Shown here in pieces: positions 37,807 to 52,049 of a stretch of DNA of 64,000 nucleotides. The translations under genes and the position numbers were made by a program. A model generated the notes under the pieces. The model did not search any database, was not told the DNA's origin, and was given only the letters and a program-made list of their open reading frames with translations. The stretch comes from Sphyrna mokarran (Eukaryota), in contig JAGIQG010000004.1 of assembly GCA_024679065.1 (NCBI GenBank), positions 75,268,001-75,332,000 of the forward strand, given 5' to 3'. Position 1 is the stretch's first letter, and the number at the start of each line of letters is the position of its first letter.

Positions 37807-38008
37807 CCCTGAGAGTATGAAGAACAGGAATGATGTTTTCTACTTGCAGCCTGAGCGCTCCTGTGTGGCGGAGAGCCCCCTGTGGTACTCAGTTATTCCC
37901 ATGGATCGGAGTATGTTGGAGAGCATGCTGAACAGAATTATGGCTGTGAAGGAAATCTATGATGACTATTCAAAGGATTCACTAGAAGATGATGACGTTG
38001 AAGGATGA
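37807..38008 (+). CDS. ZMYM3: ZMYM3 terminal coding exon
   Basis: ttttgctgcag| acceptor. Encodes PESMKNRNDVFYLQPERSCVAESPLWYSVIPMDRSMLESMLNRIMAVKEIY...DDDVEG then TGA at 38006-38008. Confidence 0.97.
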
Positions 38009-41000
38009 TATGTAGTAGATGTTGTACAGAGTTCTGTTCTTTTATTAGAAAAAACAATGGGTCATTATGGGCTGGCCTACTTGGTGCTGCGGGGAAAAAA
38101 ATTACTACACACCTACTTGCAGAGTCATGTGGCCTGTTTGTGAAAGCAGAGATGGTTAGACTATCACCATTGTTTAGAGACAGTATCCCTTTTAGCTTGT
38201 GTGCACTTGCTGACAATTGGGTGTACGTAGCATTTTCTAGAGACCAAAAAAAACTTCGAACCTAAAACCCCTGCAGTCAATAAGCAGACACCTTTTGTCT
38301 TTGCTCTGAATGGAACAGCTGAGATGAATAGCAGTATGCATGCTAATTCAGTGGAAGAGACCTTAATTTAATGCAGTGTTTAGAATTTTAAAGTTGCTTA
38401 ACTGGACATCAGTGTGGAATGACAGATGCTGCAAAATAGCCTGTCTTTCAGAACATTCTACCCATTGCTCCCATTTTAGTTTGGGGAAGAAAGGAGAATA
38501 GTGTTTATGGATTTGGGGGTGGTGAGGGGAGGAGCAGGGATCATATCTTTGTGTTAGATTATATATCCTAAAAGATTGTTGCCATGCAGCCTTGCCCTAA
38601 GTTACAGCATTGTTCACAGGTGTTCAGGAGGAAGATTTGAAGGCGTGTGATGGAATCCTACCAGTGAGGCACATCTGGAATATACACTCTAAAATATCCT
38701 TCCAATCAGTTAATACATCACAGGTTTATTCTCAGCTGTCCACAATGAAATGACATGTTTCCAAAGTGCATGGATAGCATTTGAAGAAATATATTTTTTA
38801 TAATTGCTTTGGAAGGTGAATACCGCCAATGGGGTACCTGTTTGTCTGAAGGGTGTTTTCTGGCTCAGTCCAGCTGGGTCTTATTCAGGTTTAAGTGATT
38901 GAGAGTCTAGTGAGTTTTGCTGGGGAAAATGGTCTGAACAGCAGCAAAGAAAGAAGAAGAACTCGAGCACCATAAATTGATCCTTCTCCATAGTCCTTGC
39001 TTGCCCCTCTGCATGTTTGCTGATACACGAATCTGTAAAAAGATTTTGTTGTACTTTGTGTATTTTCTATTACAGACAAAAAGACTGTGAACACTCATAG
39101 GTGCTAGTTGATGTCATAAGTGCTAGTGCAGAGTTCCTTGGAATATTTGGGGTCGGAGGGTCTGAAGAGAATTTTTATGTTTCCAATGATTTGTTGGTCT
39201 GAATTTAAATTTCTGTTGACATAATCCTTTATCATTTCCTCACCTTATCCTGCAGTGTTGCTCGTGAGGAACAATAATGCTCTCACAACTTGACCTGTTG
39301 GACTGTGACCAGCTAAATCCTCTTTAGGACCACAACAGGTGGATTAGAATTGGAAGCGAAGCGCAAAAGAAAAATCTCTGTAGCTCATGCAGATAGCTAA
39401 TGGACTTTGGAGGGGTTAAGGCAAGCAAAAGTATTGCTCTAATATCATATAACATTTGCTCTATCTTTGTACTGCCAGGTGGTTCAACTGAACTGTTGGG
39501 AATTCAGTATTTGTAGAAACCGAGAGAGAGAAGGGGATCAAAAAAGGGATACTGTCTCTTGTGTGTATTTCTGTAGTATATACAAATTTGTTTCAGTGAG
39601 CTAGATCAGTGTAAAACCAATCTGTTTTAAAATGGTAAATATCTGCACAGTATTCAGTTGGTAACCTGATGGTTTGCCAAGTTCTCTCTCAGTTTAATTT
39701 TTTTAAAAGAAAAATTTAAAAAGGTGCTTATGCAAACTGGATGGACCTTAAGTTGCAAGGGATTTACAAACTGCTGTATCACAATCACCAATAGCTAAAA
39801 CTCCTAAATAGAAGAACGCAGTCGAGTTTCACTCAAATAATTTCAGAAAGTGTACTTTTTTTAATGTGATGTAACATTTAAGGAAAAAAGTATTTACATG
39901 TCCACAGTGAAGCATTTTTAGGGTATTTAGTGTAGGGACACTATAATGACCCTTTTTATATCTTCCTTATGTTGAACTGTAATCTGTGAAGAACTGTCTT
40001 CTCCGCTTAAAGTGAAAGAAATTCTTGGTAGATGGGTAATTTGAAACAATATGGATCTTGAGATCTCATTACGTAGAATGCTGTAATGGTTCCCAAATGC
40101 AATCTCTTGCCTTGAGAAAGGGATTAAAAGAAACATGGTGGCCTAACTTTGTTCCAAATGAACCCTAAATGGTATCTGCTTGTGGAAATGCAATTGTGTA
40201 TTTATTAGATTCTTTCTAATAAGTAATATTAATAATAGTTGCATTGAGTGGAGATTGAGTTTGGGCATGTTAAAATATGCCCTATCCATCCATTAATGGC
40301 ATTGGTTGTCTTACTGTTCCCAAAATTAACCACACAGATATCTGTCATTGTATAAATTGTTGACCAAAGCTGAACCATGATGTCATCTTATTTTATTGGA
40401 AAAGATTGTAGAAAAGTGGCTGAAAACATAAAGATTAATTGTGTTCTCCCAATTATTTTCTTTGTCTGTTGTGCATTTATTGGTTCTTTCTAACTTGTCG
40501 TGCAGAATTCCCAAAGTTGATGCTCAGTGTTTTTTGTGATGAAAATTACCTTCTTAAAAAAAAAAGCATTCAAGGCGTCGATGCAATGAGAGTCTATAAA
40601 ACAGCTTTTTCATATTTTCTGATTCTTCTTCCTCAGAATTCATGGAAGTGTTATTGAACCAATGCAAGTAAAGAAAATTACCCAGGTCTTTTGTCAACTA
40701 CTCTTTTTCCACTCCCTGTCTACACTTACAAAATAATTCCGCAAAGCATTTCTTGTACCAACATTTGAGGTGTTTCATAGAGTCAGAGTTATCCTAGGAA
40801 ACTGACTCCTGTTTTGAATTATTCGCAAATTAGTTGTCAGTTCAAGCTGTTTCTGCAGAGATGGACTACTAAATCTTTTATTCACAGGTGGTTGATTAGC
40901 TGTCTTACAATATTCCAAAGCACTTCTTTTACTTCCTGATGCCATTTACAGTGGAAAATCAGGAAGAAAATTAACATTGTATATCCTATTCTATGTGACA

Positions 41001-42595
41001 CATGATTTGAGATTTATTGCAGTTCTTGTGATGGCCAGTAAACCAGTAATGAAGAATCAAGGAAAGTGAGACATGAGGACCAATATGCTGAATATATTTC
41101 AGACCATGAAGACCCACCTTTTCAGCTTTGTTCCTCACTTGAGTGTGCTGATCACTAGTCAGGTTCAAGCGCCATAATTCATCTCTTCCCCTCAAAGGGA
41201 GAAGAACCTTTGATCATCTGGAATTCTGGCGACTTGATGACGACCTTTTATTTCAGATCTTTTATCTCTTGACATGATTTCTCTATTCCTGAGCTCACTG
41301 AATTGTGTTCAGTTCATTACCACTGATCTCACCCTAACGGCAATGTTTTGTATATAAGCCACCATATTGAATATTGGAAGATAATTTGACTAGAAGAATG
41401 AAAATAGTGGTCTAATAGTTAAACTTGAAACTGTTTTCTTCCAACATCCAAACACCTGTGCAGTCAGCGTGCGTAACTGGATGTTGCATTGATTTTGTTT
41501 TTCTTTAGCAGAGTTAAAATTGGAACATGTGCAATGTTAGTGCAACACAGCTTTGGCATCAAACAGGGATCTTTCTCAGCCAACGTGACTCTATTCCAAA
41601 CTTGGTGTGTGTTTACCAACTGAGGCACTGGGAGAGCCAATGACGAGCCCATATTAGAGTATTGGTTATGTCAACCCCATTTTTAATAGCTTTTCAGTTT
41701 AATACATGCAAGTATATTATGCCACACAGGAAATTCTATTTCATGTACAACTACTTACTCTTGAATTGAAAAATATTCAGCATAGTAACAGAATTCTGAA
41801 TGAATATAAGAATGCTTTGTTTACTTCAACAAATTTCTATAATTTGCTTCTGAATTGCACTGATTTTATCTTTTTATATTAACACGCTTTCCAAAACAAC
41901 AATATTACCTAATCATATTTCTATAGATCACCCACTATTGCTTGCTTCCTTGTGTAGTTCTGTCTTGGTATGAAGTGAGCAGTTGAGTTGGGAGAGAAGA
42001 GATTAATCTGATTAGCTTTTCTTCCCTTCCCTCACCTTTTTGATGCTTTTCCTTGTTCTCGGTTACTGTAACCAAAGTATTCCTTTGCTGTTTGAACCGA
42101 TTTTTGAGGTTGAATACTAGTGGATGCAGCTATGTTGAAATGTCATTGGAAGTTTGATTTAATGCTTTATGGATTGGGAGTCTAAAGCTGTATTTGAATT
42201 ACTGTACAGCTGTTTTATTGTAGATACATGCAATATTGGATAAATGTAGAACTTTATTAGTAGTTTTACTGTTTCCCACTTTTAAGTGTGAATGCAAATG
42301 AACATTCATGCCAAAGATCAGTCTCAGTCTTTGCCCCCACTGAGAATTCTTTACTCTGCCATCAAGGATCTGGTGGAAAGTTTGTTTGTCAGTAAACATT
42401 TTCGTTGTTTTTGGGGAAGGTGTGGTGAGGAAGATGTTGGTAGGGGACTGTCTGTGAACATAACTTCAGCTATTAACTGCCTTGTTTCCACTGTGTTCAT
42501 AACTTCAAATGTTGTAAGTTACAGTAGTTTGGAATAAGATTTATTCTTTGGTTTGATTGAGCTTCCAAGCTGCTTTATAAACCACTTGTGTATTG

Positions 42596-42601
42596 AATAA
42601 A
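42596..42601 (+). terminator. Probable ZMYM3 polyadenylation signal
   Basis: First canonical AATAAA I found after the stop codon by manual scan. It closes a stretch with no recognisable repeats. Another AATAAA lies at about 42826. Confidence 0.5.
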
Positions 42602-44994
42602 GGTTATGCATATATACGTGTATATAAAAAAAAAACTGACCCTTGTACTTGGAATAATACCTGTTGAAGAGCATTTATCTCCAAGCACCTTGCAAATTCA
42701 TTGTTGCAAATAACCATCAACCTTAGTGACATTTTAACTTGCAACTAGTGTAATTGCCTGCAAGTAAGAGTTAGCAATTCCATCTGCATTGAGTTGCCTC
42801 ATTCTGCTGACTGGAGACTATTGAGAATAAAGGTTGCTCGTAGGTTTCCGTTAATGGGCTGCATTTTGTACTTGATATTATCTTCAAAGAAAGTTGCCCA
42901 GAAAGGTTCAGCAATCTCTCTGGTGCAGGTTTCCTCTTTACTGATAACTTGGCATCAAATTCAAATTAAGGGGATCTCCAGATGTCACAAAGCAGGTAGG
43001 CAGCTGCATTGAGGCATTCTTACTGATAGCAAAGTAGAAGAAACCATTGAATCATGTCACTTTTTAATTTTAAGTTTAAACTTTACAGATAGCAAAATAA
43101 TCGATCAGGATTTCGATAGAAGTTAACATTAACTGTGAATGTTGAAATGTTAAATGTATGAAGAGTTAAGATACCTTAATATTTGAATGCACGTGTCATT
43201 AGAACAGAAAACTAAATAGTTACAATCGTACTCACAAGTTGGGTAAAAAGAGGACAATGGAGGGAATGCCCATAACTATGTCTGCCTAATCAGAGTCAAC
43301 ACAGCCTTTCATATAGAGTGACAAATTGTGTGCATCAAGTTGTGTCTAGTATACAGCAGTTACCTTTCCCTCATGTCACCTTTGTTTGGGGGTCAATTTT
43401 AACTGGATCACTGCACCTTTGTTCTGACTATGCATGTCCTTGCCTAATCACCCTAATATTTGAAGCACCCTTCACACGCCAACTGCATCCTCGGCCTCCT
43501 GCGTAGTTGCAATCAAGCTCGATGCAAGCTCCAGGGATAATTTTTTGTGGGTATTGTAAAATTTTCTGCTTTAAATATCAGACCTTAACTATATTTTCCA
43601 TTTTCTTTGCAACAGAATGTACTGGTAGTATGAGGTGAATATCTTGGTGTTTAGTGAGACCAGTTGACATTTTGTGTGTGTGTGTGTGTATATATATCTT
43701 TCAAAAATATGTTGTGCAGAAGGGTAGTGTCTCATTCAAATTGATTTTTTTTACCTCTTTAGCATTTGTATCAACATGATCAATTTATATTTTCATTTGA
43801 ATACCTCGTTTTTGCTTTTTTTTTTCTGTCTTAAAGAACAACTTAGCAATCTACTTGGTTTGGGAAAAGAGCCTATGTTACTTTCATCCCGTAAAAGCAA
43901 TGAAAAGGCAGGGATTATTTAAGAAGACTTTTTGCTTTACAGATGACAATTCAAATCAATATAGATCTAAGCCTAAATATACTTAAATGCATATCTTCAA
44001 GTTCCAAGATTTTCTAAGTCATTTGTTCACATTCCTTTTTCTGTTTTCCTCTATCCAGATCCCATCTTGCCCTAGACATCCATATTCCATCATTGCTGCA
44101 AATATCAATTTCTGCAAGCAAACCTGAATTTTGTGCAAACTGCAACTTGGGTTCAAAAGACCTGTGACAGCATATCTAGTCAGTCAACAGTAAAGTCGAA
44201 TACTACTGCCTGCATTAAAAATAATATGCCTTTGGACTGCAAATCAGTGAACTTATACGTCAGCAGAGAAATCAGCAGGCTGAACCAATACAACTTTTTC
44301 TAAAAAAAAACACATTATTGAAGTATTTTAAGTACATAATTTGTATATAAACTTTCGACATACTCTCTCCCTTCTGTGAGACATTCTTGGACCATTCGTG
44401 GTCTTAGCATTCAGATACATCTCAGAAGCGTCTGAATAGTCCAAAACCAGTTAAAACTTAATAGTTTATCTTTTAATCTAAATAAAGTCAGCTCCTGGTT
44501 TCAGAATTACTAGTTTATGACCTGAAGTACTCCTTAGTAGTATAATTGATTAATGAGCAATATTACCCATCATCTGCAGTATCAAGAAATGCAATATTGA
44601 CGTAATGAGAATCTGTCTGGAAAAATAATGGTTTTCAGGTCAAATAGTGGTCTGCTTTCTTGCATAATCTAATTATGTTTTAACCAGTGGTATGGAAAGA
44701 ATAAATAATTTTCATTTTGCATTAGCCAGTGTTAAAATTGCATTTTTTTTTTGAATTACTGAAGAGAGAAGTATTTAGCATATTTTATCATTTAAAAACA
44801 GATGGGCCTTTCATGTACAGATGTTTGGGGGTCAAAATTCTTTTGAGGATTTTTAAAAATATGTTCTGGAGGACATCTTTTAATTTTTAGGGATTACTCT
44901 GCTTTTCAGGGCAATTTCTTTCTCATTTTCACTAACTCCTTTATTGGGTGATATCATGTGACATTGGCTTCTGTTATTAGTGAAGAATTCTTTG

Positions 44995-45572
44995 GGTATG
45001 GTGGGTAGCAGTGCTGGTTCAAGTGCCAGAGGGCCAAGCTCCAGTTCCCACCTTGGATGACTGTGGCAAATCTCTCCATGCTTGTGTCGTTTTCCTTTGG
45101 ATGCTGCAGTTTCCTCCCACAGTCCAAGATATGCAGGTTAGGTGATGTCATGTTAAATTGTCCTTTAGTATTCAAAAATGTGAAGTTTAGATGGATTAAC
45201 CATGGTAAATGCACAGACCTACAGGAATAGGGGGAGGGTTTTGTCGTGTGATGAGAGGATATTGGCCAATGTTGGGACTACAGCCTGACCCAAAGAAAAA
45301 GCAAATATGTCTCCTGAACTTCACTCAAGTCTGGTGTTCCTGGATACACATAGCTACGAAGGTGAGGGATCTGATGCTCTAGGTGGGGCCTAACCCAAGC
45401 TGTATAAAGGTTCAGAATAACTGCTTTTTTTACTCAGTGCTTCTATTTAAGGCCTTTCTATTTTGCTAACCACACTCAATGTGCCCTGCCACCTTCAAAG
45501 ATCAATGTAGGATGTTCTGTCAGGACAGATGTGATAGGCCAAATGGCCTCATTCCACAGTAGGGATTCTATG
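44995..45572 (+). mobile_element. HE1-type SINE, apparently interrupted (about 45240-45520) by other sequence including a minus-strand CR1 scrap
   Basis: tttcctcccacagtccaagatatgcaggttaggtga core and gccaaatggcctc...gtagggattctatg tail. Confidence 0.7.
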
Positions 45573-48500
45573 CTAGAAAGAACGTCAGAAAGGTTAGTCT
45601 ATTTCAACCATACTGATTCAAAGGATAAGCTTTGGTCTAAATGTTCACATTATCTTCACCTGAAACCACATCCCATGTTCTCCAGCAACACTATGATCCA
45701 AAAAAAAGGGAGATTGGGACTTTGACTGTCATATTCACTCTATCTCAGAAATACTGAGGTGAAACCTAGCTTTGTTTTTATAAAAACAAAAGACTGAGCT
45801 CAAGGTTGTCCCACATGAATTTGTATCCTACTGTGTGGTGCATTTACATTTAAAACCAGCATAAGGTTCTATCTGCTCATTTGGAGAGACTAGGAAAAAT
45901 TTAACTTGTTCATCTAGCGTTGGATCATGCCATCTGCTTGTAGATGGCCACCTGCCCATCAGTTACATTTGGAAGGAAAATTCTGCTCTCCAATCTGTTG
46001 AATGGAAATATGGAAAGCACAAATAAAATAATTTCAAATGCTGCAATACTACCTAACTCCTGCATCCCAAACTTCTTGTACTTATGGTCGAAGAAGGTGT
46101 TAAATCTTATTGGTGACTTGGGGTGTTATCCCAATCCATTGCCTGCCTTTGGTGATGCATACTCAGCCTGTAGTATGAAAGTCAATGTGCCTTTATATCA
46201 GAACTATTGACTGAAATTGTGTTAAGTCTTAAAAGACTATATTTGTATATAGAAAACATGCATTTTGAATTTATATTTATTTATCTTTACTGCTTTCTTT
46301 TCATGTGAATTATGTAAAAAAAAAAATCAATTTATATATTTAATTTTCCATCTGGCAAATACTTGAATATTTTTATTATTTTGCTTAAAATCCTCCAGTT
46401 GCAGCCTCCACCTTTGGTTTGGTAATTCATATTGCTGATATATAGCTGCCATTGGTATTTTTCTCATGCCATAGTGTCTTGACAAATGGAATTAATTTGT
46501 TTTTTTTAATCTTAACATTTGTTGAATTAAATAGCTCCATTGTGGATCATTTTAAACAAAACTGTTGTTCATCATAAACTAAGGATTTAAATTTGAAGGA
46601 ATGCATTGGGGGGGGGGTGGTAAGGTTTTTTTGTTTGTTCTTTTAACACCTTGCCCAATACTTTAAGTCCATCTTTTCAGCTCAGGAAACATCCATTATT
46701 TCATGCAGGACAGATTAATCAGAATTTAAAAACTTATGGTGCAATGTTTCCCCCTTGTTGGGAATTGTGAATAATTCTCATAAATGTTTAAATTTTGTAC
46801 CACCATTCATTGTTACATGATCGTGGAAATTGCTGTACAGTATGATAAATAACTTTACAATGCAGCATGTCCAGCTGGGTTTGTTAACTAGACCATTTGG
46901 ATAAATACTGTGTTTGATAACTTGGCTTGAATAATTTCTGGTGATAAACAGAATGGCCCCTTCTCTTTGCACAGATGGTGCAGAAAAATATCAAATATCT
47001 GACCAAAATAACTTGTGATCTGGAAAAATTGAAAGAAATGTGGCAAGCATATGACTCAATGTGATGAAATGAGCTGGGCAACATTGGAGATTGATGGAAT
47101 TGACATGCAAGATTAGAGTACATTAACTGTCAATCTAGAGTAGAGATGGCATACCTGAAACTTTGAAAACTAACTTGGAATGTGTTGGCAATGTTAATGT
47201 CCAGCATTACTTCCCCGACTCTTTTAAATGCTCTCCTGGATATCTCTGGTTGTGAGGTTGACGGCATCATCTACTTCCTGGCTTCTGCTTGTCTCTGTTC
47301 TATCTTGTACCTTTTGACATAGCTAGCATTAGGAATTTTACATGGCATTCATATGCTGCCTCACATTTACAGCTGTAAATAACATCTGATCTGGTAAATA
47401 TTGACCTGTCTCATGTAGTATACTGTGATTTCCTGAATGTTTTGTTGAATTTTGACCAGTGTATCATATGAAATATGCTTCATTGTCAAGCAATGTGAAA
47501 TTTACAATCCATCAGTGAAAGTTTTGGAATAAATTGCAACGGGGAGGAGGGGGATAAATGAAGCTCTTCTCACTTATGATGAGGATTAGATTTTTATTGT
47601 GAACATCAAGACTGATTGATTATTTATCCGTGCCATTTCATTTCTTTCACCATCGTTATCTGACCCTGGTACATAGAATATAAAATTTTATCTGCATGGG
47701 TGAAATTTGAAAAGCAGAATTGTCCCAGATGTCTATCCTTTTCAGTCTGAAATTGATTCAAGAAACCATGTGCAGGCTGTAACTATCTCTATGACTATAC
47801 TAATTGATACACTGCATAATCTAATCATTCAAACGGATGCATTCTCTGAAACCTACTACAACTAGTGACAGATACAACTTTGATTTTCTTTATTTCTTAT
47901 TTCAGTTTAAATAAATAGATAATAGCAACATAAAAATGGAAACCATCATTTCAATATATTAAACATTGTCCCATTCTGACAGAAGTATTTATCTTTAACT
48001 CAGATTTTGTTTCACAATGTAAAGTAGACATGAAGAAAAAGTATGTATTTTTGTAAATCTCCTACAATGCTGCATTAAATTGTGAACGTAGATTTGCTGT
48101 GCTTTTATGTATCATTGAAACTCAATTCACAAAATACTAAAGTATAGAACTGAGCCAGTCATACACCTGGCAGTTAAACCAACCCACTACAGTTCTGCAT
48201 CACACATTACACAAGAAATATCAAGTTTTCTAATATAATAATAGTTTGGCATTTAGAAATAGTCTCATAATAGCTTTGTAATGATCCACTGTAACAAGAG
48301 GCTGTGGAGAGCAGAAGATCCAGATTTTGTCCTTGGCTGTAGAGGCAAATTTGATGCTATAATGAAGGTTCAGTGGCTATAATGAAAACAGCTAAAACAA
48401 AAGGACTGGATTCCAATCAATAGACAGACCTCTGCTGGCATGTGTGTGGATGAAAGGTGAGAACAGGATAAACTTTGAGTTTGCCTCAACCTGCAGATGT

Positions 48501-49698
48501 CCAAAATCAGCTGTGCAGATTTTGACACTGAAAGAATGGCCAGAGAAACTGCTACAACCTGTGAAACTAAAGTGGGGCTTTGAGTAAAGGGGTAAGAATC
48601 AGGAATGGGTAGGAGAGGGGGTATTTTTACTCAATGTTCAAGAATGTTTTCTGGTAATATTCTGCAACTATTAAAATCAGAGAATGTTAAAATTCAAGTT
48701 AGTTCAAAATGCCAAAAGGAAAATGCTGCAAGTATGCAAAAGATCTTCTGAAAGAGATGGCAAGTTACTATTCTCATTAATGTGTAAAATTGCAGCCCCG
48801 TAATTGCAAATTAATATGGATACATCTCAAATTACCATCAAGGATCCCTGTGATCAGTATGTTTGCTATCAATTTCAATTCCTCCCACTCTGTTTAATGC
48901 ATAGCTGACTTGTAAATGGATCTTATAACTCAGTCAAAAGAAGAGCAAGTTTTCAAATAAATCAGCCTCCTGTTAGCTGACAACTGCTTTCAATCATTCC
49001 TGCTGATCTACAAATAACTATAAATGGATTCAAAAATAGTTTCATCATAGAAAGCAAAAGGAAAAAGTCCAATATCCATATTAGCACCAATGAGAGAAAA
49101 AAACACGTAATGGAAAAGATTTAACAAATTCAGCAACTGCTCGCTAAAAGAAAATGGCATACATATATATAATATATATTTCTTCAAGGCTTAATACAGA
49201 CTTGGTTTATATTATATGAACTAATAGTGTCAAAACCCTTAAACTACTAGCCAACTATTCTGTTATTGTTAAAAGCAAGCAAAAGAGAATAATAATTAAA
49301 ATATTAAGCTATTGAACAGTGCATTTGGATATGGGAACTATTTTTTCTGTATTGCCTAAATTTGAAAGGCAAAGAGATTGGCTACTTGCAAGGAAACAAC
49401 ATTATCGTGTTACAAAACATGCTGATAAATGCTAAGGTATCCCAAAATCTAAAATGGTAACTTGGAATACTGATTCTAGTGGGTGGCGTATGTTTCTTTT
49501 TGGTATTATGTGAAGAATAATGTCCAACCCACTGATGAAACAATTGATAAGATAAAAGCAATTACTGCAGATGTTAGAGTTTAAAACAAAAGTGGAAAAT
49601 ATTTGAGAATCTCAGCAGATCTGACAGTATCTGTGGAGGGAGACTAGAGCTAACGTTTTAAGTCTGGATGACACTTTGAAATATCTTCTAGACTTAGG

Positions 49699-51866
49699 CA
49701 TAGAGCTTTACAGCATAGAAACAGGCCCTTTAGTCCAACTTTATCCATGCTGCCATTAGGGTTTTTTTAAACCCTAAGCCAATCCCAATTGCTTGCATTT
49801 GGCCCACATCCCTTTATACCCATCATACCCATGTAACTATCTAAATGTTTTAAAAGATTGTATCCACCTCTACTAGTACCTCCTGACAGCTTGTTCCAGA
49901 CACTCGCCACCCTCTGTGTGGAAAAAAATTGCCCCTCTGAACATTTTTGTATCTCTTCCTTCTCGCCTTAAACCTATGCTGTCTAGTTTTAGACTCCCCT
50001 ATCTTTGGGAAAAAATATTGACTATCTACCTTGTCAATGCCTGTCATTATTTTAGAGACCTCCGTAAAATCACATCTCGGCCTACTGTGCTCCAGAGGCA
50101 AAAAAAAGTCCCAATCTATTCAGCCTTTCCTTGTAACTCAATCCATCAAATCCTAGTAGCATCCTAGTAAATTTTTTCTGCACTCTTTCTAGTTTAATAA
50201 TATCCTCCCTACAATAGGGAGATCAGAATTGCACACACTATTCTAAGTGTGGCCTTCACAATGTCTTGTACAACTTCAACAAGACGTCCCAATTCCTGTA
50301 TTCAATGTTCTGACCGATGAAACCAAGCATGCCAAATGCCTTCTTCACCATTCTGTCCACCTGTGACTCCACTTTCAAGGAGCTATGAACATGTACCCTA
50401 GATCTCTCTGTTCTGTAACTCTCCCTAACACCCTACCATTAACTGAGTAAGTCCTGTCCTGCCCTGGTTCAATCTACCAAAATGCATTACCTCGCATTTG
50501 TCTAAATTAAACTCCATCTGCCATTTGTCAGCCCAATGGCCCAATTGATCGAGATCTCACTGCAATTGGAGATAACCTTCTTCGCTGTCCACCAAGCCAC
50601 CAATCTTGGTGTCATCTGCAAATTTACTAACCATGCCTGCTATAATCTCATCAAATCATTAATATAAATGACAAATAACAGTGGATCCAGTCCTGATCCC
50701 TGAGGCACAAGCCTCCAATTTGAAAAGCAACTCTCTAAAAGTTGTTTCAAGAAACCAATTTTGTATCCATTTAGGTATCTCATTCTGGATCCCATGAGAT
50801 TTAACTTTATGCAACAATCTACCATGTGGTACCTTGTCAAAGGCCTTGCTAAAGTCTATGTAGACAACATTAACTGCACTGCCCTCATCTACTGCCTTGG
50901 TTACCTCTTCAAAAAAACTCAATCAAATTTGTGAGATGTGATTTTCCACTCAAAGCCATGCTGACTGATTCTAATCAGTCCTCACATCTCTAAATGCTTG
51001 TAGATTCTCTCTCTCAAAATACCTTCCAACAATTTACCCACCACAGATATGAGGCTAACTGGCCTGTAGTTCCCAAGTTTTTCCCTGCAGTCCTTTTTAA
51101 ATAAAAGTACAACATTTGCCACTCTAATCTTCAAGCACCTCATCCTTGACTATTGACGATTCAAATATCAGCTACGAGACCCACAGTTTCCTCCCTAGCC
51201 TCCCACAATGTCCTGGGATATACCTCATCAGATCCCACAGATTTATCTACTTTGATGCGTTTTGAGACTTCCAGCACCACTGCCTCTGTAATATGTACAC
51301 TCCTCAAGACATCAATATTTAATTCCCCAAGTTTCCTAGCATCCATGCTTTTCTCAACAGTAAATATTCATTTATGAGAAACATTCATTTAGGATCTCAC
51401 CCATCTCTTGTGGATCCACACATAGATGACCCTGTTGATCCTTAGGAAGCCATACTCTCTCCCTTGTCACTCTTTTGCCCTTTATATGTTTGTAGAATCT
51501 CTTTGGATTCTCCTTTGCCTTATCTGCCAAAACAATTGTATACCCTCTTTTTGCCCTCCTGATTTCTCTTTCATCTCTACTCCTACACCCCTATACTCTT
51601 CAAGAGATTCATTTGATCCTAGCTGCCTATGCACATGTGCCTCTTTCTTTTTCTTGACCAGGGCCTCAATATCCCAAGTCATCCAGGGTTCCCAACTTCT
51701 ACCAGCCTTGCCCTTCACCCTTAAGAGCAATATGTTTACCCTGAACCTTGGTTAACACACTTCTGAAAGCATACCACTTACCATACATCCATTTTCCTTT
51801 CCACAAATTCCCCCAATTAATTTTTGCAAGTTCCTACCTGATACCATCAAAATTGGCCTTGCCCCA
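49699..51866 (-). mobile_element. 5'-truncated CR1 LINE (~2.2 kb), degraded
   Basis: Minus-strand ORFs FFEEVTKAVDEGSAVNVVYIDFSKAFDKVPHGRLL, VPQGSGLDPLLFVIYIND and DKSVGSDEVYPRTLWEAREE. Tail catagagctttacagcatagaaacaggccc. Confidence 0.92.
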
Positions 51867-52049
51867 AGAATTGGAATGTTGCCTCTATTCTTTCTCCACA
51901 GGTGCTGTCAGATCTGGTGAGGTTTTCTAGCATTTTCTGTTTTTGATGTGTCCAAGAAAGCAACCCAGTCATTGTGTGAATAATAAGAAGGATTATAATG
52001 CTCTACGACATTTAAGGGTACTTACACTTAATTTTACATGATTATCAGA

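Noticed and set aside
2703-38008. Assignment to ZMYM2 or ZMYM4
   Set aside because: Segments such as CHACKRQGKLLET, FGPARDDVLAMAVKMANVLDEPGQDLEADFPK and KPMRIKEDIL match recalled ZMYM3 rather than its paralogues.
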